32,491 nt of DNA from Aduncisulcus paluster (Eukaryota): contig BQXS01012471.1 of NCBI GenBank assembly GCA_024181965.1, forward strand, positions 1 to 32,491, given 5' to 3'. Positions 1 through 10,228 of this stretch are shown here, piece after piece. Position 1 is the first letter of the stretch. Every line of letters starts with the position of its first letter. The translations under genes were made by a program, and so were the position numbers. Below the pieces are notes generated by a model. It was not told the DNA's origin. It did no database searches and saw nothing but the letters and a program-made list of their open reading frames with translations.

Positions 1-238
1 ATCGTCTTCCTGACTCCCGACATTTGTCAACCATATTTGAATTATAAAGTTCTTCCTTCATGACTCCAAGATGTTGTTATAATCCGTGAATATCATCCAC
101 TCCCTGACGAATATCCATTGTCTTGTCCCAGGTTGTTTTTCTGGTGTTGTTTTGGTTGTTAGACCTGTTGTTTGACCTCATCCTGAATCACAATTACCGA
201 GAGTCTCTCTCTCTCTTTCTCTCTCTTTCTGTTGATTG

Positions 239-492
239 TTTTGACATTCGAAAGGAACTCGATTCTGATTCCTAAGATGGGCTGATAATGTATCGTATTG
301 TTTTGTTTTTACTGCTTCCTTTTATCTCTCAATGTTGAACGTTGAACGTTGAATCATTCAGAATCTCATGTACATTCTCAACAGTCAAAGCAACTCTATC
401 ACATGTCTCCTTCAACAACTCTAACATCTCCAATCAACATCTGCATCTGTCATTATGATGTGATTCATATCAGACATTTGCCAAACAACTGG
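239..492. repeat. 3' flank of family copy 1, duplicated (inverted) downstream of copy 3 at ~30655-30908
   Basis: Reverse complement is near-identical to 30655-30908 (ccagttgtttggcaaatgtctg ... tcctttcgaatgtcaaaa); similarity ends abruptly after tgtcaaaa. Confidence 0.9.
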
Positions 493-1578
493 TTATTTCC
501 ATGGAAGTAGAGATAGTCGTTCAGCTGCAATAATTTCTTCTGGCATAGTAAATACAAGGGAGTTGATCCAGAAATCTCGACTATTCTTTTTACACCACTG
601 CCCTTTCCCTTCAATCTCACATAACACAACATTATCCAAATCAATAGGAAGGAAGTGCCATTCATATTCATGCTTAGGTCTTGTGAATTCATACTTCTTG
701 AATGTCTTCTTATCATCACAATCAGTGAAAGTGAAGAGAAGAAATGGGGAACTGTAATCATCCACACAGATATAAGCACCTTTCATTGGACTAGGTGACG
801 GGAAAGGAATGGAAAGATAGGATAAACAAACACCACATTCTCCTTTTAACATTTCTTGTGCATCTAAACTCCTATCATACTCCTGATCATACTTCTCAGA
901 TTCCTTACTAAACGCATCATTCTTGCACTTAACAATTGAAAATGAAGGATCTACAAGCTTTGGATCATCTCGTGGAATGGGAATAGAAAATTCATCTCCT
1001 TCCTTAACAAACTCTGATTTCACAACTGGAGCTCCAGACCATAGTTTCTCTCTGGCTTCACGAGACAAGGTTTCTTCAGAAGATTCTTCCCGAATGAAAA
1101 CAGGAGATTGGATACAAAAATAGTCTTGCTCTCTTCCTTTCCCTGTAATCTCACACAAAACAACATCAGGGAGATCAACAGGAAGGAAATACCAATGTTC
1201 ACCTTCAAAATCAGGAAATTCATATTTCCTGGCTGTTTTCTCACCTTTTGAAGATGTGAGAGTGAAGATAAGATATTCTGGTAGATTCCAATAACCATAC
1301 AGACAGATATAAGCCCCTTTCATTTGAGAAGATGAAGAGAAAGGAATGGAGATATGGGTAAAAAATCCATCATTATACTCTCCTCTCATCATATCTTGGG
1401 CTTCAACACTTCGATCGTACTCTACTTCATCTATGTCACACGTTCCATCTATAGCTGTGATAGTTGGGATCTCTGAACTCTTAATATTCGGGGCATCTCT
1501 AGGAATTGGATAGCATTCGTAATTTCCTTCATGAATAAACTCAGGTTTTACAATTTGTATATCGGTTGAAGAACTCAT
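493..1578 (-). CDS. Unknown two-domain (internal repeat) family protein, copy 1, 361 aa
   Basis: ATG at 1578 (MSSSTDIQ) to TAA at 493-495. Two similar halves (HISIPF..MKGAYIC..KKYEF..WxFLPxDL..VVLCEIxGKG). Paralogous to 10229-11320 and 29270-30367. The track's extension to 1875 is AT-rich and not open in copy 2. Confidence 0.85.
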   Translation of the reverse strand: MSSSTDIQIVKPEFIHEGNYECYPIPRDAPNIKSSEIPTITAIDGTCDIDEVEYDRSVEAQDMMRGEYNDGFFTHISIPFSSSSQMKGAYICLYGYWNLPEYLIFTLTSSKGEKTARKYEFPDFEGEHWYFLPVDLPDVVLCEITGKGREQDYFCIQSPVFIREESSEETLSREAREKLWSGAPVVKSEFVKEGDEFSIPIPRDDPKLVDPSFSIVKCKNDAFSKESEKYDQEYDRSLDAQEMLKGECGVCLSYLSIPFPSPSPMKGAYICVDDYSSPFLLFTFTDCDDKKTFKKYEFTRPKHEYEWHFLPIDLDNVVLCEIEGKGQWCKKNSRDFWINSLVFTMPEEIIAAERLSLLPWK

Positions 1579-1966
1579 TGACAACGGAAAAGAGTCGGGA
1601 TCTAAGAAAAAAATAAAAATATAAAAAATATTACAATACAGTGAATATAATTGCATGACATCGCATAAAATATGTCTTAATGCGCATTTAATGAAATATA
1701 TGACATACAGTAAGTCTTGAATTGCTTGCAACGAAGGAAAAGCAGAAGACGAAAACTCAAAGTCGCGAATGACAACCTCAGGAAGCAATATCATACAATA
1801 TATAAATAAATTTATATGACCATTTTTCTTTCTATCATATATTGCATGCCATCCTTGTGAGTCCACTCCTGACACGAAATCGTTTCATAACTTCGACATT
1901 TGTTTACATAGTGGATTATAAGGTGACAAAATATGTTGATAAGTTGCAGTTGAAATCCATGAATAT
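1579..1966. repeat. 5' flank of copy 1, duplicated upstream of copy 2 (11321-11707)
   Basis: About 390 bp near-identical to 11321-11707 in the same orientation. Confidence 0.9.
1602..1708 (-). other. Putative 5'-UTR spliceosomal intron of copy 1 (107 nt)
   Basis: Minus strand GTATGT at 1708 and T-rich tract ending ttcttAG at 1602, 23 nt before the ATG; equivalent signals in copies 2 and 3. Confidence 0.5.
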
Positions 1967-2273
1967 TGTGAATATATCATCGACTTCTTGGCAGAGAAGC
2001 TATTCTTCTGGTTTTCTTTGCTTCTCGAATCGTTCTCACTCTTCNNNNNNNNNNNNNNNNNNNNATCATATATTGCATGCCATCCTTGTGAGTCCACTCC
2101 TGACACGAAATCGTTTCATAACTTCGACATTTGTTTACATAGTGGATTATAAGGTGACAAAATATGCTGATAAGTTGCAGTTGAAATCCATGAATATTGT
2201 GAATATCATCGACTTCTTGGCAGAGAAGCTATTCTTCTGGTTTTCTTTGCTTCTCGAATCGTTCTCACTCTTC
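1834..2273. repeat. Duplicated sequence either side of a 20-N gap (2045-2064); probable haplotype/scaffolding overlap
   Basis: 1834-2044 recurs from 2065 with a substitution (atgttgat/atgctgat) and a 2-nt indel (gaatatatcat/gaatatcat). Confidence 0.85.
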
Positions 2274-2552
2274 TCTGCTCTCTGCTCGATTGATAAAAAC
2301 TAATTCAGTTTATTAGTTTATTATTTGTTTATTATTTGTTTTTCTTTCGCTTTTAATTCCTTCCCAAGATGTCTTCGAAAGGAATTAACAACACAACTTC
2401 TTGCGCTCTGTGATGTTTCTCTAACTCAAAAAATATGCTGAACGACTACATGGAGTCCATGGCAATTTCACATATCAACGACGTCATTTAAATCCTGAGC
2501 TTCAAGATATTTATTTCTGAAAAAAAAAAAATTAAAGGTTATTAAATAAGCT

Positions 2553-4916
2553 TCATAATATTGAATACGAAGGATTTAGCTCTTCAGAGATTTCATATTG
2601 TACCCGTGGCTCACTAATACTTGATCTTATCTTATGTGAATGCAATTTCTTATCCCAACCTTCCGTGAAAATATAGAGAACTGTGAATAAAATCACAACG
2701 ATGACGAGTGGTGCCATAATCATTAATATACAAGCAATAATAAGACCCAAACTTGATATAATAGATAACATCACGACACCTAATATAAAATTCATATCAG
2801 AATAATATTTAAATGGATCGTTTGTCTCCAAAGAATTGGTAGCCCCATACAAAACATGATATATTTTCCCTACATGTTCGTTCCAAATCAACTGAATTAA
2901 TCGAACCATTCCATGACGGTGGTTCCAAATATAATCATGCATCTTGACAGTGGGGCGAGCAAGATATGCTACTTTATCATAAGAAAATGTAATTGAAATC
3001 ATGAGACAAACATAATATTCGACTCCAGCAACAAGAGAGGAGAATAACCATCCAAAAAACTTATTTCCGAATGTGAAATTGTTGGTTATGCTGATACTAT
3101 TTGAATACAACCTCATTAAATTGGATCCATTTCTCACTTCTTCAATAGAATGATACTGACCAAATGCTTCGATCCAATGTAAATAATACAAATCATTAGA
3201 ATTATCTTGGCTTTTGTGACAAGGATTTGTATTATTATTATTGTCAAAACCATAAATCCAACATAAATCGAATTTCTCAAAGCTATTATTATTTATATCA
3301 TTAAATAATGAGAAAGATGAAGTGATATCATCAGCTAAGTCAGTATTTGAGGCAGTATTTGAGGCAAATGGCACAGATAAGCTTGATAGAATGGAACATT
3401 TTGAAACCGGTGTGAACAATGGTGCAGTAGTGGGCCTATGAATTTCCATAAAAGATGAATGTCCTGTTGTATTCAACTGATTTTGGAAAGAAAAAGGGGA
3501 AAACAATGGAAATTGAAACATTATTCCACATAAAAATAGTAAAATGACACTGAAAATGGTCACCACAAACAGAGTAGTTTCATGTTCCTGTAATAAATCG
3601 ATGGTTGAACCACTTCTTCCTTCATTTCTATCATATAATCGGATAAGAATCGTATAGTAATATAAAATGAGAAACACAACAGCTAAATATGGACACGTGG
3701 AGTATATGTTTGAAAACACACCGAACCCATTGAGAGAAGCATAATACGAGATACCAGTGATCAATATGTTGACAATAGCAAGGAATATAATTCCAAGAAT
3801 GAGAATCTTCCCGCTAGAACCCTCATTAAATTTATCATGAACAATCGGGAAAACATATTCGCCTTCTTTGGACCGCCTAAAGTCCGAATAACCATTATTT
3901 CGTTTCAGATTCAATCGATAATAATATGATATTTTCTCACATCGTAGGATAAAATGATAGAATTTGGGAATAATTATGTTTGACTTATCGAGACGAGTTA
4001 CAATTGATAAAAAGAGAATCTTGAGTCGAGACATCGATTGAGAAACATAATACCTAAAAATAGGTGGGAATATCCAATGGAGAAACGTGCCTAATTTGTC
4101 AAGTATGGATTTCAGAGATCCACGACCCAACATAGATTCCAGATTTTTGAAGTGTTTGGTTACATTTTGATAATCATACTTTCCTGCAAAAAGCAATATA
4201 CAGCCAAAAATAGAAAGAAATATGAGAAAGAGAGGGACTATAACAATGAAAAATAGCCACCAGAAAAAAATCGATTTGTGCGGATTAAGAAAAGAGTAAA
4301 CAAGATATGGGGCAAGAAAATAGGCTACAAGATGAACTATGGCCTGAAACAGGAATATTTTGGGGTAAAAATGAGAAAAATATTTCCCTCGAATCTCATT
4401 ATCGGCTATCACGGAAGAATCCATCTCCATATCAACAATTTGAGATTTATGGATAAATTTCGCGGGTATTCTATGTTTATATTGAGAGAATTGAGAAATA
4501 TCAAATTCTCCTTGGACACCAGATGTATCAGAAGACTGAAAGGGATGTATATAATGTTTTGTTTTGAGATGATGAGTTAAACCTGAACAACGGACCTCTT
4601 CTTTGCAAATAGAACATGTACATTTCAAAGATTCTGTTTGCAAACTTACTCTTGGAAGTATTTCTGGCTGTAGAGATGATCTGCATTTAGGACAACCGTC
4701 GCTTATCCGCTGAAATAATATTCCGTTGCAATAGCAACAAAACCTCACTCCACAAGAGGAGCAAATGTAAGAAGGATGTGTCAAAACAGAAAGGCAGGAG
4801 AAACACCGATCCTCTGAAAGTTTCGCCCTTTTGTCCTTATCTTCGCATATTATATCAGTTAGTCGTGTTGAATAGTACAAATGTTTAGAAGAAAGCCGAG
4901 AAAAAAATTCATTCAT
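2553..4916 (-). CDS. RING-finger + Zn-finger multipass membrane protein (putative E3 ubiquitin ligase), 787 aa
   Basis: N-terminal CFSC..CSSC..FCCYC..CPKC RING-like array, then CTCSIC..HHLKTKH TRAF/SIAH-like finger, followed by about 7-8 hydrophobic segments. Confidence 0.7.
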   Translation of the reverse strand: MNEFFSRLSSKHLYYSTRLTDIICEDKDKRAKLSEDRCFSCLSVLTHPSYICSSCGVRFCCYCNGILFQRISDGCPKCRSSLQPEILPRVSLQTESLKCTCSICKEEVRCSGLTHHLKTKHYIHPFQSSDTSGVQGEFDISQFSQYKHRIPAKFIHKSQIVDMEMDSSVIADNEIRGKYFSHFYPKIFLFQAIVHLVAYFLAPYLVYSFLNPHKSIFFWWLFFIVIVPLFLIFLSIFGCILLFAGKYDYQNVTKHFKNLESMLGRGSLKSILDKLGTFLHWIFPPIFRYYVSQSMSRLKILFLSIVTRLDKSNIIIPKFYHFILRCEKISYYYRLNLKRNNGYSDFRRSKEGEYVFPIVHDKFNEGSSGKILILGIIFLAIVNILITGISYYASLNGFGVFSNIYSTCPYLAVVFLILYYYTILIRLYDRNEGRSGSTIDLLQEHETTLFVVTIFSVILLFLCGIMFQFPLFSPFSFQNQLNTTGHSSFMEIHRPTTAPLFTPVSKCSILSSLSVPFASNTASNTDLADDITSSFSLFNDINNNSFEKFDLCWIYGFDNNNNTNPCHKSQDNSNDLYYLHWIEAFGQYHSIEEVRNGSNLMRLYSNSISITNNFTFGNKFFGWLFSSLVAGVEYYVCLMISITFSYDKVAYLARPTVKMHDYIWNHRHGMVRLIQLIWNEHVGKIYHVLYGATNSLETNDPFKYYSDMNFILGVVMLSIISSLGLIIACILMIMAPLVIVVILFTVLYIFTEGWDKKLHSHKIRSSISEPRVQYEISEELNPSYSIL

Positions 4917-5250
4917 CCTTGTTAATTTTTAGATAACGCTCTACTGCAGATATTATGATATAGTCGGGTATTAAGTAAATTATGGTGTTAAAAAGACATT
5001 AAATCGAGATATAAAATTTTAAATCTCAAAAGGAAACTGTTGTCTGCGAGTTTACCTCAGTATATGTTGACAAACATCCAAATCGATCTCTATCTTATTA
5101 ATATTTTGATCTGCTACAAGCATTGCACAGAAGTACTAATAGTATGTGAAAGTATTTTCCCGACGTTGATTTATAATACTTTTATTTATTATTGCCGGTG
5201 AAATATTGCCTTTTACAACAAAAGAAAGAAATCATTTAAATTTTTTTAAT

Positions 5251-6888
5251 CTAGAATCCTTGTTCTTCTTTATCGGTGAAATCAATGCTGGTATCAATCT
5301 TGAGAATCATCCTTGTCACCTGAGTCGCCAGTTGGAATTGTTGGACCTTTGAAGAAAGGGTTTCGAACACTAGTTGTGATCTCATGTCGGTAGTTCCACG
5401 TTCCATACAATCGACACCGATGGCGGAATCCTTTGTGAGCTTCTGTTTAGCTTTAAGATCGGCAAGAGTCTTGATAGGGTCGAGACCACTGTTCCTTGCA
5501 AGACTGATAGGGATAACATCAAGGGCTTCAGCGAATGCACGCAGAGCACGTTGTTCGACTGTGCTGACATCCTCCATTGACTGTTCAATGGCCAAAGAGG
5601 CACACAATTCAGCAGCACCACCACCGAACACGATGGAAGGATCACGAATAAGATTCCTGACGACGCACATGGCATCATGGAGAGCTCTCTCGGCCTCGTC
5701 AAGCATAATCTCATTGGATCCACGGATGAAAACGGTGACTATCTTCTCGTTCTCACAGCCTTCAATGGTGACAATGCGATCAGTCTGAGTTCCGAGAGTT
5801 TCCTCTCTCACGAGCTTGGCATTTCCAAGGGTAGAAGGGGAGAGATCATCGAATCGACTGATGATGGAACCACCAGTGGCGATAGCAAGACCTTCAATCT
5901 CATCGGCAAGAGCCCAACGAACAGCAGGAATTCCAGCTTGGTAAAGAAGATGGTTGGCTTCATCATCGAATCCCCATTGGCAAACAACAAATGTGGCTCC
6001 ACTAGCCTTGATCTTATCAACCATTTCCGTGAAAAAGGCCTGCTCAGTAGTGTATAAAGATTCATATTTCTCAACACTATCAACAATAAGTTTATAACCA
6101 ATCTCGGGCTTGGGAGGCTCAAGAGGAACATTAAGAATGGCAATCTTGGCATCTTTAACCTCTTTGGCCATCTGAGAATGTGTGAAATCAGTGTCTAATA
6201 CAAGACCTTTAATGAGACGGGTGTCTTCAATCTTTCCACCAGCCTTCTTCCTAATCTTGATCAACTCAAAATCAACGTCACGACGTTCGAGATCTGCGAC
6301 ACTTAATACGGCATCAACGGCAATCTCGGCCATCTGACGAAGGTTTTTGTTAATAATTTTGGACCCAAGAGTAGTCATGGCAACTTCAATAAGTTTTTCT
6401 CTATTATCGATCATAAATTTCTCAGATGACTCCTCTAATGTCTTTGTAGCAATCTTAAGGGCAGTTTCAAATCCATCAGCAATACGAATAGGATGAATTC
6501 CGCTTTTTGAAAGCTTTAGGGCATGTTCAAGTAAAGCACCGGCCAAAACCACAACACCGGTAGTTCCATCTCCAATTTCAAAATCTTGGCACTTAGAAAG
6601 TGATGTTATCAACTTTCCTATCTGGGAAGGAGAATCCATTTTGGTCATGATGGTGGCTCCATCATTTGTAATTGTGAGACCACCAGAACTATCTATAATC
6701 AATTTATCTCTTCCTTTTGGTCCAAGACTAGTAGAAACAGTGCCTGCAACACTAGTTGCAATACCAATATGGCTGGATAGAGCTTCGGCTCCAGATAAAC
6801 GTTTACGCTTCTCTTCTTCGCGTAAGATGAGCACAGGAGCACCATTCTCATCATGCGCAAGCATTATCTGAGGTTGTTTAGACGACAT
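5251..6888 (-). CDS. CCT5: T-complex protein 1 subunit epsilon (CCT chaperonin), ~545 aa
   Basis: SLGPKG, TNDGATI and GDGTTGVVV motifs, plus CCT5-typical CQWGFDDEANHLL. Likely start is MSSKQPQ at 6888; the ORF is open to 6975. Confidence 0.93.
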   Translation of the reverse strand: MSSKQPQIMLAHDENGAPVLILREEEKRKRLSGAEALSSHIGIATSVAGTVSTSLGPKGRDKLIIDSSGGLTITNDGATIMTKMDSPSQIGKLITSLSKCQDFEIGDGTTGVVVLAGALLEHALKLSKSGIHPIRIADGFETALKIATKTLEESSEKFMIDNREKLIEVAMTTLGSKIINKNLRQMAEIAVDAVLSVADLERRDVDFELIKIRKKAGGKIEDTRLIKGLVLDTDFTHSQMAKEVKDAKIAILNVPLEPPKPEIGYKLIVDSVEKYESLYTTEQAFFTEMVDKIKASGATFVVCQWGFDDEANHLLYQAGIPAVRWALADEIEGLAIATGGSIISRFDDLSPSTLGNAKLVREETLGTQTDRIVTIEGCENEKIVTVFIRGSNEIMLDEAERALHDAMCVVRNLIRDPSIVFGGGAAELCASLAIEQSMEDVSTVEQRALRAFAEALDVIPISLARNSGLDPIKTLADLKAKQKLTKDSAIGVDCMERGTTDMRSQLVFETLSSKVQQFQLATQVTRMILKIDTSIDFTDKEEQGF

Positions 6889-7120
6889 TCTTGACAAAAT
6901 AGAAAGAAAATCATATTGCGGGTGTGATTTTTGATTCGATTGATGAATTGTACCAAATTCAATCTCATGCTCCATTTTTTTTAAATATTAATTTAATAAT
7001 ATTATTTTTAAGCATTTCAATTCTCTTTTTACTTCTCTATTACAATCAAAGCCTATCTTCTGAAATACAATATTTGAAAACATTCTTACAAGATAAATTA
7101 TATTAAATATCATTTTTTAT

Positions 7121-7134
7121 TTGACCTTGGTCAA
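7121..7134. promoter_or_regulatory. Palindrome ttgacc-tt-ggtcaa in the divergent CCT5/HMGR intergenic region
   Basis: 6+2+6 inverted repeat in a short AT-rich head-to-head spacer; regulatory role is inferred only. Confidence 0.25.
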
Positions 7135-7202
7135 TTTTATTATAATTTTTTTGTGTAATCCCTGGATAGAATCAATTGAAGCTTTTCGTAGCTACCAAGA
7201 CC

Positions 7203-8996
7203 ATGTCATCCCGTATTCCAAGATTTTTCTCTCTATCAGTGGATGAAAAACTTGAACATGTCCTTAAAACTGGAGAATTAACAAAAGAAGAGTCTGATGT
7301 TATAAAATCAGCTCTTCCACTTTCTATTGCTGAACAATTGACTGAAAATGTGATATCTACGTTGGATATTCCATTGAGTGTATGTGCCAATCTTGTTATA
7401 AATGGTAAGGACATGTTCATTCCAATGGCCAATGAAGAATCATCTGTTGTTTCTGCAGCCTCTAATGGAGCGAAATTACTCCGTGAAAGTGGGGGGGTAG
7501 AAGCAATTAGTTGCACTCCGACAATATTTTCACAAATTATTTTTGAGATTCCTTCAAGAATAGATGATGAGTCATTATTAACAACTATTCGTGTATCTCG
7601 TCACAAAAAGCAATCATTTTTTCAAAAAAACATATGGGACAAATTATTAACTCCGATATCTGAATATAGTTCATTAAAAACAATAATTCCTTCATCATTC
7701 CTTGCTTCTCGAGATTTTTCGCTTCCTGCCGATAATGTATGTCCAAAACTAACAGAGTATCTCAAATCTCAACTTCCTAAACTCAGATTTATTGCTAAGG
7801 ATCTTTTAGAGAGAATCGAAAAGAGGGGAGGGGGCCTATGGTCAATTCGAGCTCGTGTCATTACTGATCATATTGAAGAAATTGAGGAAGAGGGTGGTGA
7901 GAAAGAAGGAGAAGAAAGAACTTCAATGATATCTTTCTCTAGGTTTGTTAGCGTTGATCTTATCTTTGGTGTTTGTGAAGCTATGGGTGCTAATTTAAGT
8001 TCTTCTGTATCCGAGAGGATCATGCCAGAATTGAAGCAATATATTCAAAATTATCTTCAAAAATATCACGATCCTTTGCCCTCTTCTCCTTCTCTCCTAA
8101 ACCCTCACGACCACACTGCCGATCAAATAACCGGTTCAGCCGATCAAACAACCGGTTCAGCCGACCATACAGACGACTCTGTGACCCCCTGCGATGATGA
8201 AAAAGATGGAGGTGAATCTTTTGTATTCCATGTGACAAGTATTGTTTCAAATACCTCCCAACGTCTTTCCTTCGCTCGCAGTACAATATCAGCCCTCGAC
8301 CTTCATAAACAGAGGTCAAAACAATTCCCGAATGTCGAAGTTGCCGCTGAGTGTTTGAGAAATATATCAACGTTGGCTAAATATGCAAGATTAGATCCTT
8401 ATCGTCAGACAACACACAACAAAGGGATTATGAATGGTTCTCTGAGCGTTGTGCTTGCCACTGGAAATGATACAAGAGCATTCGCATGCTCAAATTCCTC
8501 CCTTACACGAGAATTTACTCCAACTCTCACCCAATATCGATATGATTCCATTAGTTCAACCCTGATCTGTGCATGTGTTCAGTGTACCCCTGTTGGAACC
8601 ATAGGCGGAATGACATCAATTCATGACAAGTGCAAAGTATGCATCAAGTTATCGACATCTCAGACCAAGCCACCAATGTTAACAGACCACTCAATCGAGC
8701 ACTCAAGCTCCTATTCCAAAATGCAGCCGGAATATGATATTTTTGCTGCTCAGAGGTTAGGAAATGCGATTACTTGTATTGGATTGTGTCAAAATGTCTC
8801 TGCACTTCTTGCCTTGACCACCAAAGGGATCTGTGCTGGTCATATGAGGTTACATTTATCAAATATTATGTTGAGAATGGGTATAAGTCGAACTTCCAAG
8901 GAATGGGAAACTGTTATGAAGTATTGGAAGACCCCAGGAGTTAAACAAATTGTCACTGAACAAAATATCAGGAAAGTTATTGGTGGCTCAAGCTAG
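7203..8996 (+). CDS. HMGR: Class II (bacterial/archaeal-type) HMG-CoA reductase, 597 aa
   Basis: MSSRIPRFFSLSVDEKL N-terminus, ENVI, PMANEESSVV, EAMGAN, THNKGIMNG, GNDTRA, GHMRLH; no N-terminal membrane domain. Confidence 0.9.
   Translation: MSSRIPRFFSLSVDEKLEHVLKTGELTKEESDVIKSALPLSIAEQLTENVISTLDIPLSVCANLVINGKDMFIPMANEESSVVSAASNGAKLLRESGGVEAISCTPTIFSQIIFEIPSRIDDESLLTTIRVSRHKKQSFFQKNIWDKLLTPISEYSSLKTIIPSSFLASRDFSLPADNVCPKLTEYLKSQLPKLRFIAKDLLERIEKRGGGLWSIRARVITDHIEEIEEEGGEKEGEERTSMISFSRFVSVDLIFGVCEAMGANLSSSVSERIMPELKQYIQNYLQKYHDPLPSSPSLLNPHDHTADQITGSADQTTGSADHTDDSVTPCDDEKDGGESFVFHVTSIVSNTSQRLSFARSTISALDLHKQRSKQFPNVEVAAECLRNISTLAKYARLDPYRQTTHNKGIMNGSLSVVLATGNDTRAFACSNSSLTREFTPTLTQYRYDSISSTLICACVQCTPVGTIGGMTSIHDKCKVCIKLSTSQTKPPMLTDHSIEHSSSYSKMQPEYDIFAAQRLGNAITCIGLCQNVSALLALTTKGICAGHMRLHLSNIMLRMGISRTSKEWETVMKYWKTPGVKQIVTEQNIRKVIGGSS
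8118..8167 (+). repeat. 21-bp tandem repeat (~2.4 copies) within HMGR insert
   Basis: gccgatcaaataaccggttca / gccgatcaaacaaccggttca / gccgacca encoding ADQITGS-ADQTTGS-ADH. Confidence 0.85.
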
Positions 8997-9228
8997 AATA
9001 CTGTTCTCTACTTTCTACCAATATATAGTCCTCTAATTCCTAGAGGGATATACACACACACACATCTACCAATATATTCGATAGATATTATCCTTGGAAT
9101 TTCTTGTTAATCAGTAAATGATATTGGAGGTATAGGAAATAATAATCATTGGTGCACCGTGTCACGAGATCTTTTGGATTACACGTGGAAAAGATCAAAA
9201 ATACCTAGATGTTTCTCACTTGCCACCC

Positions 9229-9591
9229 TCACCAGTCACCCTGAGGAACAAGATCATCCAACATCTTTTGCAATTGATCCGTAGCTTCGGTCAAATCCAT
9301 ACGAGATGGCCAAGAAAGCTTGCCATTCTCATTACCGAAACGAAACGAAATGAAAGTAGGCATTGACCTAACTCCCAAAAAATCTGCAACCAATTCTTCG
9401 GCAGATTCTTCATCAACATCCACATAACAAAAAATAATGTCCGAATTGACAGGATTTTGACCAAATGAATGATAAACAGGAGCAATTCTTTTACATGGAC
9501 CTGACCATTCGGCATACGCGTAGATAATGACATGATGATGCTCTGCAATTAAGGATTTGAATTCTTCAAGGGTTTTGATGTATTTGGACAT
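9229..9591 (-). CDS. Thioredoxin-like protein with SxxC active site, 120 aa
   Basis: YAEWSGPCKRIAP, FCYVDVDE, GVRSMPTF (cis-Pro loop); canonical WCGPC is WSGPC. Confidence 0.88.
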   Translation of the reverse strand: MSKYIKTLEEFKSLIAEHHHVIIYAYAEWSGPCKRIAPVYHSFGQNPVNSDIIFCYVDVDEESAEELVADFLGVRSMPTFISFRFGNENGKLSWPSRMDLTEATDQLQKMLDDLVPQGDW

Positions 9592-10228
9592 TTTTATAGT
9601 AAAATTAAGGATTTCTGTTTGATTGTCGGAAAGAAACTACAAGAATATGACCAAGATTTGGTGGAATAAACGGTACAAATATAATAAATGTAACGAATAA
9701 AATAAATATAAATATTCATCCAACACCAGTAAGCTTCAACAGACACAAACAAATCATGGAACAATAGAATAGGATAATAATACATACGACGAAAAGATTA
9801 TTGAAACTATATCGAATATAATGTGCAGAAAATGGTGTAGAATGCCAGGTCTGTGATCGAATAACACCTAACAGCAACCAAAAATGAACGAAATCATCAA
9901 AAATCGACTGTGACACTTCAAGGATTGTATATCGTTCATCTTCATGCATTAAAACCATTTATAGCTGGTTTTAAACCCATATATTATAAAGACGTGTATT
10001 TCAATGCAGATCAAAAATCGACAAATTCAAAAAACTTCGACCTGGCTTGTTAGAAATCAAGAAATTTATTCATGGGACGGAATACAATCTTAAAAAACTA
10101 CACAAAGACTTCTTCAAGAGTTCCTCCAAGCTTGAGAAGAAAGAAAAGCAGCCTGCTTAAACTTGCTGTTTCTGATGAATGGAACAAAAGTTCCATATCT
10201 TTTGACACACAATATCAGTATCCTTGGA

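Noticed and set aside
1-240. Possible degenerate coding or retroelement remnant with (CT)n tract
   Set aside because: Multiple stops and no gag, RT or integrase motif recognisable.
1579-1875. 99-aa N-terminal extension of copy 1 (460-aa ORF in the track)
   Set aside because: Runs through AT-rich intron-like sequence and is closed by a stop in the near-identical copy 2 flank.
5207-5216. tgccttttac resembling U5 snRNA loop I (similar ccttttac near 31156)
   Set aside because: No flanking stem or Sm site; short AT-rich match next to the CCT5 stop.
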